Shown piece after piece: positions 33,865 through 42,811 of a DNA stretch of 61,532 nt. The notes below the pieces were generated by a model. It had not been told where the DNA came from. It was given only the letters and a program-made list of their open reading frames with translations, and ran no database searches. Position numbers and translations under genes: made by a program. The stretch spans positions 1-61,532 of the forward strand of contig JAICRZ010000001.1 of NCBI GenBank assembly GCA_025937135.1, read 5' to 3'. Position 1 is the stretch's first letter; every line of letters starts with the position of its first letter. The DNA is from Thermoleophilaceae bacterium (lineage in GTDB: Bacteria > Actinomycetota > Thermoleophilia > Solirubrobacterales > Thermoleophilaceae).

Positions 33865-35225
33865 GCCGCCACCTGGAGCCGGCCGAAGGAGCCGGCGTTG
33901 GGGATCACGGCGGCGGCGTCGGTGCCCATCCACTGCTCGAGCACCGAGCTGTAGACGCGGCGGAAGTCGAGCGTCACGGCGAGGTTGTCCTCGCGGTCGA
34001 GCTTCGAGAGGTCGGGGTAGTCGCTGAGGATCCCGGCCTTCGCCCGCCTGCCCATCACGAACGCGAAGCCGCCGGCGCCGTGGTCGGTCCCGGCCGACTC
34101 GTTCTGCTTCGGGCGGCGGCCGAACTCGGACCAGACGAGCGTGAGCACGCGGTCGCCGAGCCCGCGCGCCTCGACGTCCGCCTGGAACGCGGCCAGACCC
34201 TCGCTCACCTTCTCGAGCGAAGTGCCGAGGTCCTCGTTCTGCTTGTCGTGGGTGTCGAAGTCGAAGTCCGCCTCGACGGCCGCGACGCGGATGCCCAGCG
34301 GCTGGGCGAGCAGGCCGGCGAGGTTGCGCAGGTTGTCGGCGAAGTCGTTGTCCTGCGGGTAGGCGATCGTTCCCGCCAGCGGATCGACCCCGGTGTCGTC
34401 GTCCTTCTGGTACGGCTCGAGCGTGTCGGCCACCTTCTTCGCGAGCCGCGAGCTCTGCGTGGCGGCCGCCGCGCCGGGACCGGCTGTCGCGCGCGCGGAG
34501 ACCTCCTCCCACGCGCCCATCGCGTAGTCGAAGGCCTTGCCCCACACGCCGGGGATCCAGAACTGCGCGTCGCCCGGCGACGACACCGCGGCGACCGGCG
34601 CCGCGGCCGAGCGCAGCGTCGGCGAGAGAGCGCCGGTCATCGACACGCCCTGGAGCGGGTTGTTCGGGTCCCCGCTGCGGTCGAGCAGGCGACCGAGCCA
34701 GCCGGTCGCGCTCGCGGGGGTGATCAGCCCGGTCTCCCAGAAATGGCGCGAGTGGAAGTGCGACATGTCCGGGTTGGCGTAGTCGATGCCCGGCATGAAG
34801 CCGACCTTGCCCGCGTCGAAGAGGCCCTTGACGCCGCCGTTCAGCCCCGAGGCCAGCGCCGGGTTCACGCCGAGCCCGGTCGAGCCGAGGGCGAGCGCGC
34901 CCTTCTGCTTCGTGTCCGGCCGCAGATCGGCGTAGCGGCCGAAGCGGTCCAGGGGCACGAGCGTGTCGAGCAGGTCGCAGCCGCCCGGCAGGAAGACGCT
35001 CACGAGGATCGGGGCGTCGGGGGCGGCGGCGTGCGCGGCCTCGGCGGCGTCGAAGATGTTGGCGATGTTCATCGCGCGCGCGGCGTAGACGGTCAGCCCG
35101 GCGGCGATGCCGCGGCCCACGAGCTGGCGGCGGGTGAGCGTGGAGTCGCCGAGGAACGAGCGCCGGGTGGCCTCGCTGGTCGCGTGGAAGTCGTCGCAGG
35201 CGCGGTGTGCGTTGGGTCGGGGCAT
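33861..35225 (-). CDS. DUF1501 family protein (Tat signal; sulfatase/phosphatase-like superfamily)
   Basis: In frame inside track ORF 33861-36437. ATG 35225 shares 1 nt with the DUF1800 stop (TGATG). Tat signal TRRSFLGDSTLTRRQLVGRGIAAGLTVYAARA. Motifs GGCDLLDT, MSHFHSRHFWETG, FGRRPKQNESAGTDHG. Confidence 0.82.
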   Translation of the reverse strand: MPRPNAHRACDDFHATSEATRRSFLGDSTLTRRQLVGRGIAAGLTVYAARAMNIANIFDAAEAAHAAAPDAPILVSVFLPGGCDLLDTLVPLDRFGRYADLRPDTKQKGALALGSTGLGVNPALASGLNGGVKGLFDAGKVGFMPGIDYANPDMSHFHSRHFWETGLITPASATGWLGRLLDRSGDPNNPLQGVSMTGALSPTLRSAAAPVAAVSSPGDAQFWIPGVWGKAFDYAMGAWEEVSARATAGPGAAAATQSSRLAKKVADTLEPYQKDDDTGVDPLAGTIAYPQDNDFADNLRNLAGLLAQPLGIRVAAVEADFDFDTHDKQNEDLGTSLEKVSEGLAAFQADVEARGLGDRVLTLVWSEFGRRPKQNESAGTDHGAGGFAFVMGRRAKAGILSDYPDLSKLDREDNLAVTLDFRRVYSSVLEQWMGTDAAAVIPNAGSFGRLQVAA

Positions 35226-36547
35226 CAGTGGAGGTGAGCGTCGGGGCCGGAGAGGAGGAGATGGCGGAGGACGCGCTCGCGCTGGTCGGAGCGCTGCTGC
35301 CAGCCCCAGGTCTGCCGGGGGTTGAAGTCGGCGAAGAAACCCGAGCTGAGCCGGTCGAGCGCGGCATCGGTCTCGGGGCTCGTCCACGGCTGGCCGGTGG
35401 CGGCGCGCGAGCGCGCGATCGCCTCGCCCGCCGGCCCGTTGACGGGCGCGGCGCCGTCGGCCACGGCGAGCGGGCCGTCGTCGCTCATCAGGTAGGTGAT
35501 GGCCGTGAAGCGCGCGTGGACCGTGTTGGTGGACAGCCATGCGGGGCCCCAGTCCCAGCCCGCCACCGACGGCGGCGCGAACGGGTACTGGCCCATCTCC
35601 TGGAGCAGCCACGACCAGCTGTCGCGCTGGATGCCGCCGCCCACGGCGCGGAGGGCGCCGGCCAGGAAGACGACCGGGCACTTGACCATGTCCGGACGGT
35701 CGAGGTCGGCGTACAGCGCCGGATGGCGCAGGATCTTCTCCACCACCGGCTTGATCTTGTGGCCGGAGCGGCGATAGGTGTTCACGAGCGACCTGCGCGT
35801 GGCGGCGTCGAGCGGCGTCGTGACGAAGTAGCCCCAGAGCTTCTCGGTGATGAACGGGGCGTGGTGCTTGTGCTTCGTCACCAGGCGGACCACGTCGCGC
35901 CAGTCGAAGCGGCCGTGCTTGTGGAAGATGCGCTTGACGCCGCGGTCGTGCCAGCTGCGGTCGTAGAAGATCCCGCGGAAGCCGGAGTCGGTCCAGCGCG
36001 CACGCCAGCCGGTCAGCGCGCGCGCGATCTCGCGGATGTCGCGCTCGGTGTAGCCCTTGCCCAGCGTGAACAGCTCCATCAGCTCGCGCGCGTAGTTCTC
36101 GTTGGGCGCCCACTTGCTCGAATCCGCGAGCGAGAGGAAGAGCTGCATGGCGGGGTCGGTCGTGACCTTCGACAGGAGCGTGTCGAAGTCGCCGAGGCAG
36201 CAGCGCCGCAGCATCCGGTTCTGGCGCAGCATCCACGGCGTCTCCTGGTCGCGCGTGGCGAAGTGGTTGTGCCAGAAGAGCGTCATCTTCTCCTCGAGCG
36301 GGCGCTGCGTGCGGACCATGCGGTCGAGCCACCAGAGCACGTCGTGGCCCCACTCGTTGACCGGGTCGAGCGGCTTGCCGTCCACGCTGGGGGCGGGGCC
36401 CACGAGCTGCGTGCCGCCGCCGCGGTTGACGAGCCACTTGACGGTCGCGTCCTGCCCGAGCGCGGCGAACTTCTGCGCCTCCTGCGGGGTGGCGCCGAAG
36501 CCCGCGCGCCAGAAGAGGCGGCGGACGTGCTGCTCGGACCAGGGCAT
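35225..36547 (-). CDS. DUF1800 family protein
   Basis: Track ORF 35225-36619. ATG 36547 (MPWSEQHVRRLFWRAGFGATPQE...) is preferred because the longer form would overlap the divergent esterase gene. Contains WHNHFAT and YARELMELFTLG. Confidence 0.8.
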   Translation of the reverse strand: MPWSEQHVRRLFWRAGFGATPQEAQKFAALGQDATVKWLVNRGGGTQLVGPAPSVDGKPLDPVNEWGHDVLWWLDRMVRTQRPLEEKMTLFWHNHFATRDQETPWMLRQNRMLRRCCLGDFDTLLSKVTTDPAMQLFLSLADSSKWAPNENYARELMELFTLGKGYTERDIREIARALTGWRARWTDSGFRGIFYDRSWHDRGVKRIFHKHGRFDWRDVVRLVTKHKHHAPFITEKLWGYFVTTPLDAATRRSLVNTYRRSGHKIKPVVEKILRHPALYADLDRPDMVKCPVVFLAGALRAVGGGIQRDSWSWLLQEMGQYPFAPPSVAGWDWGPAWLSTNTVHARFTAITYLMSDDGPLAVADGAAPVNGPAGEAIARSRAATGQPWTSPETDAALDRLSSGFFADFNPRQTWGWQQRSDQRERVLRHLLLSGPDAHLH

Positions 36548-36600
36548 GAGGTTATGGATCGGCGCTGCCCCAGTCGGGCTTGAGCCACCACAATGGGGAT

Positions 36601-37392
36601 ATGAGGGCGATCTGGACACTCGCGCTGGTCCTCGCCGCCGCAGCGGCGCCCGCGCACGCCGCGACGAACGTCTCGTTCGCCGTGAAGAGCCATTACGCCG
36701 GCCGCACGCTGCACGAGAGGGCGGTCGTGCCCGGGCCGGGACAGCGGCCGTTGCTGCTGTGGCTGCACGGCCGTGGCGGGCACCCCGGCGACGTCTTCTG
36801 GCCGCAGTTCTACGCCGAGCTCCACCGCCTGGGCCCGCGCGCGCCCGTGGTGCTGGAGGTCGACGGCGGCAACCACGGCTACTACCACGACCGCCGCTCC
36901 GCGCGCTGGGGCTCGTACGTGATGCGCGAGGTGCTGCCGGCGGCGGTCCGGCGGCTGCCCGTGGACCCGCGTCGCGTGGCGATCGCCGGCGTCTCGCTGG
37001 GCGGCTTCGGCGCGCTCGATCTGGCGCGGCTGCACCCCGGCCGCTTCTGCGCGGCCGGCGGGCACTCGCCGGCGATCTGGACGCGGGCGGGCTCCACGGC
37101 TCCGGGTGCCTTCGATTCGGCGGCCGACTTCGCGCGGCACGATGTGTACCGCTACGCCCGCGGGCACGCGCACCCGTACGGCCGCATGCCGCTGTGGATC
37201 GACCGCGGCTCGCGCGATCCGTTCGCCCCGGGCGATTCGGCGCTCGTGTCGGCGCTCCGCGCGCACGGCGCGAACGTCACGAGCCACGTCTGGCCCGGCG
37301 CGCACAACGGCGCCTACTGGCGCGCCCACATCGCGCGCTACCTGCGCTGGTACGCGGAGCGGCTGGCAGCGAGCACTTGCGGTTCCGGATAG
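36601..37392 (+). CDS. secreted alpha/beta-fold esterase (putative esterase family)
   Basis: Track ORF 36580-37392 starts at TTG. ATG 36601 gives the signal peptide MRAIWTLALVLAAAAAPAHA. Contains LWLHGRGG and the nucleophile elbow GVSLGG. Confidence 0.78.
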   Translation: MRAIWTLALVLAAAAAPAHAATNVSFAVKSHYAGRTLHERAVVPGPGQRPLLLWLHGRGGHPGDVFWPQFYAELHRLGPRAPVVLEVDGGNHGYYHDRRSARWGSYVMREVLPAAVRRLPVDPRRVAIAGVSLGGFGALDLARLHPGRFCAAGGHSPAIWTRAGSTAPGAFDSAADFARHDVYRYARGHAHPYGRMPLWIDRGSRDPFAPGDSALVSALRAHGANVTSHVWPGAHNGAYWRAHIARYLRWYAERLAASTCGSG

Positions 37393-37401
37393 TTTGCGGC
37401 C

Positions 37402-38244
37402 GTGAACAACCAACTGCGCCGCCGGTCGGTCGGAGCTCCCGCTGCGAGGTCGATGCTGCTGACCATCCTCGGCGAATACGTCCTGGGCTCGAATCCCGGC
37501 GTATGGCAGGAGACGCTCGTGGACGCTCTGGGCGCGCTCGACTACCAGCCGCAGGCCGCCCGGCAGGCACTCACGCGGAGCGTGGCCGCGGGCTGGTTGC
37601 AGAAGGAGCGCCACGGCCGGCGCGCGCGGGTCTCCCTCAGCGCGGAGACCGAGGAGATGCTGCGCACCGGCAGCGAGCGGATCTACGGCTTCGGCAAGGC
37701 GCCGGAGTGGGACGGCGGCTGGCTGCTCGTCCTGCTGCGTGTGCCGGAGGAGCGCCGCGACGTGCGCCACCAGCTGCGCACGCGGCTCGCGTGGGCGGGC
37801 TTCGGATCGCTCGGAGGCGGGCTCTGGATCACGCCGCACGTCGACAGGGAGTCGGAGCTCACCGATCTCTCCGTGGACGGGACGGCCGCCGAGATGCTCT
37901 CGTTCCGGGCCGGCCTCGGCGAGGTGGGTGAGCCCGAGCGCGTGATCACGGCGGCGTGGGACCTGGACGCCGTGGCCGACGCCTATTCGTCATTCATCTC
38001 GCGCTTCGCCCGGCTGCGCCCGAAGAGCCTCGAGGCGGTCTTCCGGGCGCAGACACTGCTGGTGCACGAGTGGCGCAAGTTCCCCTTTCTGGATCCCGAC
38101 CTCCCGGAGCTGATGCTGCCCAAGGGCTGGGCCCGCACGCGCGCCTACGCGCTGTTCATGGACCGGCACGCGCAATGGCAGGACGGGGCGCAGGAGTACT
38201 TCCGCTCGCTCGAAGAGCGAACCCCGTTGAGCACCCGCGCCTGA
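37402..38244 (+). CDS. paaX: PaaX family transcriptional regulator
   Basis: GTG start. The N-terminal winged helix MLLTILGEYVLGSNPGVWQETLVDALGALDYQPQAARQALTRSVAAGWL and C-terminal LVHEWRKFPFLDPDLP are typical of PaaX. Confidence 0.8.
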   Translation: MNNQLRRRSVGAPAARSMLLTILGEYVLGSNPGVWQETLVDALGALDYQPQAARQALTRSVAAGWLQKERHGRRARVSLSAETEEMLRTGSERIYGFGKAPEWDGGWLLVLLRVPEERRDVRHQLRTRLAWAGFGSLGGGLWITPHVDRESELTDLSVDGTAAEMLSFRAGLGEVGEPERVITAAWDLDAVADAYSSFISRFARLRPKSLEAVFRAQTLLVHEWRKFPFLDPDLPELMLPKGWARTRAYALFMDRHAQWQDGAQEYFRSLEERTPLSTRA

Positions 38245-38258
38245 CCCCGCCGGCGGGG
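38245..38258 (+). terminator. short GC palindrome CCCCGCCGGCGGGG immediately after the paaX-like stop
   Basis: Perfect 14-nt palindrome starting 1 nt after TGA 38242-38244. Confidence 0.3.
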
Positions 38259-38259
38259 C

Positions 38260-38287
38260 TTGACTGGCGCAGCTGGGACGGTAGACT
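38260..38287 (+). promoter_or_regulatory. sigma-70-like promoter (TTGACT-16nt-TAGACT) 10 nt upstream of GTG 38298
   Basis: Read directly from the sequence. Confidence 0.5.
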
Positions 38288-38297
38288 CACGCCCGTC

Positions 38298-39815
38298 GTG
38301 GAATTGTCGTACGACGTCGCGCTGGACGAGCTCCGCGAAGTGGTCGGAGCCGAGGCTGTCGTGGACGAGCGCGACGCTCTCCTGCCCTACGCGGTGAGCC
38401 TCGATCCCGCCGGCGACGTGTTCCCGGCCGCCGTCGTGCGCCCGGCGCACACGCAGGAGGTGCAGCGCGTCGTCGAGCTCGCGAACCGCCACAGGCTGGC
38501 GCTCCATCCGATCAGCCGCGGGATGCAGCACGGGCTGGGCATGGCCACGGCGGTCGAGCCCGGCAGCATCACGCTCGACCTGTCGCGCATGGACTCGATC
38601 CTCGAGTACGACGAGGAGCTCGGCTACGTGGTGCTCGAGCCGGGGGTCACGTTCACCCAGCTCCACCAGTTCCTCGAGGAGCGCGGCGGCCGCTACTGGT
38701 GCAGCCCGACGTCGGGACCCGTCGATGCGAGCGTGATCGGCAACGCCCTCGACAAGGGGGCGGGATACACGCCGGTCGGCAACCACTTCGGCAACCTCAT
38801 CGGGCTCGAGGTGGTCATCGGGGACGGCCGCGTGCTCGTGACCGGCGACGGCGCGCTCGTCGGCGCGAAGACGCTCTACACGCACAAGGGCGGCTGCGGC
38901 CCGATGCTCGACGCGCTGCTCGCTCAGTCGAACTACGGCATCGTGACCAAGGCGGGCGTGTGGCTGATGCCGGCGCCCCCCGGCGCGCGCGGGTTCCTCT
39001 TCTCCTTCCCCGAGTACGACGACCTCGGCCGGGCGGTCGACGTGTCCAACCGCCTCAAGCTGACCGGCGCGATCCCGAGCACCGTGAGCATCGCCAACGA
39101 CGCCTTCTGCGTGGCGGTCGAGACCACCACGCCGCGGCCGGTGGGCACGCCGGGCGACCCGCCCATTGCCGACCACGAGCTCCCGGAGCTCCGCGAGGCG
39201 CATGGTGTGGGAGCGTGGAACGTGGTCGGCTGCGTCTACGGGCCGCCGGCGGACCTCGAGGTCCGCGTGGAACGGCTCGAGGAGGCGTTCGCCGCGACCG
39301 GGCCGGTCAGGTACACGCGCGAGGAGGAGGCTCAGGGGCGCAAGGCGTTCGGCTACCGCTTCGACATCGCCAAGGGAGTGCCCAACGAGACGGAGCTCGA
39401 CGTGTACAACCTGCACGCCGACGGCGCGTCCCTGTACTTCCTGCCGAGCGTGCCCTTCCGGGGGCGCGACGCGCTCGAGGCGATGCGGCTCTCGCGGCAG
39501 ATCTGCACGGCGCACGGCTTCGCCTACACGAACCAGTTCCTCTGCTCGCCGCGCAGCATGCGCAACACTCAGCCGATCATCTTCGACAGCGGGTCCGCGG
39601 GTGCCGCGGGCCGGGTCATGGCGTGCTTCGGCGAGATGGTCGACCGCTTCGCCGACGCCGGCTACCTCGTGTCGCGGCCGCCGACGCACTTCCAGGACCA
39701 CGTGATGGGCAAGCTCGGCCTCCATGCGGAGCTGGCGAGCGGGGTCAAGCGCGTGTTCGACCCCAACGGCGTGCTCGATCCCGGCCGCTACGGACTGCGA
39801 ACGGAGACCGCATGA
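38298..39815 (+). CDS. FAD-linked oxidase, VAO/PCMH family (vanillyl-alcohol oxidase / p-cresol methylhydroxylase-like)
   Basis: In frame inside track ORF 37956-39815. GTG 38298 lies 10 nt after a TTGACT-16nt-TAGACT promoter-like element. FAD-binding PCMH region PAAVVRPAHTQEVQRVVELANRHRLALHPISRG...LDLSRMDSILEYDEELGYVVLEPGVT. Confidence 0.8.
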   Translation: MELSYDVALDELREVVGAEAVVDERDALLPYAVSLDPAGDVFPAAVVRPAHTQEVQRVVELANRHRLALHPISRGMQHGLGMATAVEPGSITLDLSRMDSILEYDEELGYVVLEPGVTFTQLHQFLEERGGRYWCSPTSGPVDASVIGNALDKGAGYTPVGNHFGNLIGLEVVIGDGRVLVTGDGALVGAKTLYTHKGGCGPMLDALLAQSNYGIVTKAGVWLMPAPPGARGFLFSFPEYDDLGRAVDVSNRLKLTGAIPSTVSIANDAFCVAVETTTPRPVGTPGDPPIADHELPELREAHGVGAWNVVGCVYGPPADLEVRVERLEEAFAATGPVRYTREEEAQGRKAFGYRFDIAKGVPNETELDVYNLHADGASLYFLPSVPFRGRDALEAMRLSRQICTAHGFAYTNQFLCSPRSMRNTQPIIFDSGSAGAAGRVMACFGEMVDRFADAGYLVSRPPTHFQDHVMGKLGLHAELASGVKRVFDPNGVLDPGRYGLRTETA

Positions 39816-40678
39816 GCGACGGCTACCTGTGGGGCCAGATGACCTGGCCGGAGATCCGCGCCGCGGCCGAGCAGGGGCGCGTGGCGCTTCTGCCGGTGGG
39901 CGTGGTGGAACAGCACGGCTACCACCTGCCCACGCGCGTGGACACCTTCCTCGCCGAGAGCATCTGCATGCGCGCGGCGGCGGAGATGCCCGATCGCGCG
40001 ATCGTCGTGCCGCCCGTGGTGCACGGCTTCGTCCCCCACCACATGGACTTCCCCGGCACGATCACCGTGCGCGGCCCGGTCTTCATCGATTACGTGGTGG
40101 ACGTCTGCAAGTCGATCGTCTCCCACGGCTTCGACCGGATCCTGATCCTGAACGGTCACGGCGGCAACACGTCCGTGCTCGACATCGCGGCGAAGGTCGT
40201 GACGCTCGACACCGGAGCGTTCTGCGCGTTCCTCTCACACTGGGAGCTGGAACCGGTGAAGCGCGTCGTGGCCGAGCTGCGTGAGTCGCCGCCGGCCGGG
40301 GGGATGCTTCACGCCGACGAGTACGAGACCTCGGTGTACCTGGCCTTCGACCCCGACGGCGTCCAGATGGACAAGGCCGTCAAGGAGTACGAGGTGCCGG
40401 AGTCGCGCTACTTCTGGATGGACATGTTCGGCGGCGGCGACCGGATCACCGCGGCGCGCTTCATCCAGCCGTGGTCGAGCTTCACGGAGTCCGGCGTGGC
40501 CGGCGATCCGACGGTCGCGACGCGGGAGAAGGGCGAGCGGTTCGTCGCCGCTGCCGTGGAGGGACTGGTCGAGCTGGTGGACGAGATGCGCGAGCGGCCG
40601 ATTCGCAAGGCCGTGGACAGACACGGTCGTCAGGACAGCCGCATCGTGGGCGACGACTCGCGAGTAGGACCCTGGTAA
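39812..40678 (+). CDS. creatininase-family amidohydrolase
   Basis: ATG overlaps the upstream stop (ATGA). It lies in frame inside track ORF 38699-40678. Metal-ligand motifs VVEQHGYHLP, LNGHGGN, HADEYETS. Confidence 0.85.
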   Translation: MSDGYLWGQMTWPEIRAAAEQGRVALLPVGVVEQHGYHLPTRVDTFLAESICMRAAAEMPDRAIVVPPVVHGFVPHHMDFPGTITVRGPVFIDYVVDVCKSIVSHGFDRILILNGHGGNTSVLDIAAKVVTLDTGAFCAFLSHWELEPVKRVVAELRESPPAGGMLHADEYETSVYLAFDPDGVQMDKAVKEYEVPESRYFWMDMFGGGDRITAARFIQPWSSFTESGVAGDPTVATREKGERFVAAAVEGLVELVDEMRERPIRKAVDRHGRQDSRIVGDDSRVGPW

Positions 40679-40694
40679 CCCGGAAGGGGATGAG

Positions 40695-42005
40695 ATGGAT
40701 CTGAAGCGGCACCCGATCGGACGCGCGGCTGTTCCCGAGGGCGCGTGCACCCACCGATGGGAGGCGGACGTCGTCATCGTGGGCGGCGCGGTGGCGGGCG
40801 CGTCGATGTCGCACGCGCTGGCCGAGTACGGAATCAGCAGCGTGCTGCTGGAGCGCGGCGACGACTTCCCGGAGATCAACCGCGGGGACGCGATCCAGCC
40901 GCTCACGTGGAGCTTCTTCGAGCGCTGGGGCGTGCTGCCCTACATGGAGTCCTTCGGCGCCTACAAGCTGCACGAGTGGGACTTCATCAACCCGCGGGTC
41001 GGCTATCTGGGCACCTGGAGCTTCACCGACCTCCCGTTCAAGTTCAACCACTCGGTGATCCTTCGCCACCGCAACATCCATCGCGCCCTCTACGCCGCGA
41101 TGGAGCCGCGGCGCGACCTGATCGACCCACACCGCGGCGCGATGGTGACCGGTGCCGTCGTCGACGGGGCAACCGACCGGGTGGTCGGGGCGGTGGGCAC
41201 GATCGGGGGCGAGACCTTCGAGGCGCTGGGGAAGGTCGTTGTGGCGGCCGACGGCCCACACTCGAAGCTGCGCGAGTTCGTGGGGATCGGCGTCGAGCAG
41301 CGCTACACCTACGACGAGGGCTACCTGATGCTCACCATCCCGAAGCCGGACGTCCCGGAGCTCGACGGGCGCGGCATCCGGTACGTCGGCCGGCACGGGC
41401 TCATCGTCCTGATCCCGCTCGACGGTGGCGAGGACATGCGCATCCCCCTTCAGATCCCGAAGGGCAGCGTGGGCGAATGGCGCGCCATGAGCGGCGGCGA
41501 GCTGCGTCACCAGCTGCTGGTCCGCGCGCCGATCCTCGAGCACGCCGACACCGGCGCGGCGCTCGGCAAGCTGAGCCACTTCTACAACGTCGCCTGGCAG
41601 CACTCCGATGCCTATGTGCGCAACAACGTGTGCCTGATCGGCGAGGCGGCGCACACCATCCATCCCACCACCGCACAGGGCATGAACATGGCGGTGCTGG
41701 ACGCCGAGGTGCTGGCCGCGGTGATCAAGCGCTGCTTCGACGTCGACGGCGTCTCGGACGAGAGCCTGCGGCGCTACGAGCAGGGCCGCCGCGACACCAA
41801 TGCCACCGTGATGGAGACCAGCCACAGCCAGGGCCTCCACCACACGGGCTCCGGCCTGTGGCACGACATCTGGGGCGTGCGGGTCTACCGCTGGCTGGAG
41901 GATGAGGAGACCAAGCGCGAGCTGTCGATGCGGATCGCGGGCCTGCGCAATCCCACGTCGAAGGACATGAACATCCTGGACTACGACCTCGAGGCGGTGC
42001 GCTGA
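40695..42005 (+). CDS. FAD-dependent monooxygenase (aromatic-ring hydroxylase / UbiH-like)
   Basis: DVVIVGGAVAGASMSHALA (GxGxxG) and GEAAHTIHPTTAQGMNMAVLDA. Confidence 0.85.
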   Translation: MDLKRHPIGRAAVPEGACTHRWEADVVIVGGAVAGASMSHALAEYGISSVLLERGDDFPEINRGDAIQPLTWSFFERWGVLPYMESFGAYKLHEWDFINPRVGYLGTWSFTDLPFKFNHSVILRHRNIHRALYAAMEPRRDLIDPHRGAMVTGAVVDGATDRVVGAVGTIGGETFEALGKVVVAADGPHSKLREFVGIGVEQRYTYDEGYLMLTIPKPDVPELDGRGIRYVGRHGLIVLIPLDGGEDMRIPLQIPKGSVGEWRAMSGGELRHQLLVRAPILEHADTGAALGKLSHFYNVAWQHSDAYVRNNVCLIGEAAHTIHPTTAQGMNMAVLDAEVLAAVIKRCFDVDGVSDESLRRYEQGRRDTNATVMETSHSQGLHHTGSGLWHDIWGVRVYRWLEDEETKRELSMRIAGLRNPTSKDMNILDYDLEAVR

Positions 42006-42006
42006 C

Positions 42007-42807
42007 ATGGCGGTCATCAACGACGACATGCGTTCGATCGTCGCGTCGTGCGGCCTGGGCTACGCCGCGACGGTGACGCCCGAGGGGGCACCGAACCTCT
42101 CTCCGAAGGGCTCGCTGGCGGTGTGGGACGACGACCATCTCTACTTCGCCGACATCGCGTCGCCGCAGACGATCGAGAACCTCCGGCACAACCCGGGGAT
42201 CGAGGTGAACGCCGTGGACATCGTGAAGCGCCGCGGCTACCGCTTCCGCGGGACCGGCGAGGTCGTGAGCGACGGCCCGGTGTTCGACAAGGCAGCCCAG
42301 GTCCTGCACGAGACGCACGGCCCGCAGTACCCGTGCAACCACGCGGTGCTCATCCACGTCGAGGAGGTGCGGCCGCTGCTCTCGCCGGCGTACATGTTCA
42401 ACGAGACGCCCGTCGCCGAGGACGACCTCGCCGCCGTCTGGCGCGGCAAGCTCGGCCTGGCCGGGGACGGTGGGCTCGCGCGGCGTGCGGCTGCCTACGA
42501 GAAGGTCCTGAGCGCGATCCTGAACTTCCGCTCGGTGGAGGAGGTGCGCGACGTCTTCTCCCGCGAGGTGACGCAGGAGGCCGCGGAAGGCTTCGCCGAC
42601 GCGCTCAACCAGGTGCGCGATCGCGGGCAGCCCGACGAGTACGCGATGGCCGACGCGATCGAGCACGTGATCATCCTGCGGTCGGCCGAGAACGACGTGA
42701 CGCCGGAGCAGCTCGAGCGCCTGTTCAACGATCCCGACCACCACGAGATGCCGTCGGAGGAGATCACCTCGCGCGTGGTCGCAGTGTGGGAGCGCACGGC
42801 CGGTTGA
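42007..42807 (+). CDS. pyridoxamine-5'-phosphate-oxidase-like FMN-binding split-barrel protein with unknown C-terminal domain
   Basis: Starts 1 nt after the previous stop. The N-terminal ~130 aa are PNPOx-like (GYAATVTPEGAPNLSPKGSL...HLYFADIASPQTIENLRHNPGIEVNAVD). The remaining ~130 aa match no family I recognise. Confidence 0.7.
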   Translation: MAVINDDMRSIVASCGLGYAATVTPEGAPNLSPKGSLAVWDDDHLYFADIASPQTIENLRHNPGIEVNAVDIVKRRGYRFRGTGEVVSDGPVFDKAAQVLHETHGPQYPCNHAVLIHVEEVRPLLSPAYMFNETPVAEDDLAAVWRGKLGLAGDGGLARRAAAYEKVLSAILNFRSVEEVRDVFSREVTQEAAEGFADALNQVRDRGQPDEYAMADAIEHVIILRSAENDVTPEQLERLFNDPDHHEMPSEEITSRVVAVWERTAG

Positions 42808-42811
42808 CGGC

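Noticed and set aside
36548-36619. Longer N-termini for the DUF1800 gene (ATG 36619) and the esterase gene (TTG 36580), and similarly ATG 38175 for the VAO-type gene, ATG 27113 for the lipoprotein and ATG 887 for PhoD
   Set aside because: The extended forms make divergent genes overlap or run into the preceding gene. They add non-conserved Arg/Pro-rich residues ahead of clean signal peptides or conserved N-termini, and they ignore promoter-like elements that sit inside the extensions.
39812-40678. Creatininase-family gene as mycofactocin peptidase MftE
   Set aside because: No mftA precursor, radical-SAM mftC, mftB, mftD or mftF genes are nearby. Its neighbours are flavoenzymes of a catabolic operon.
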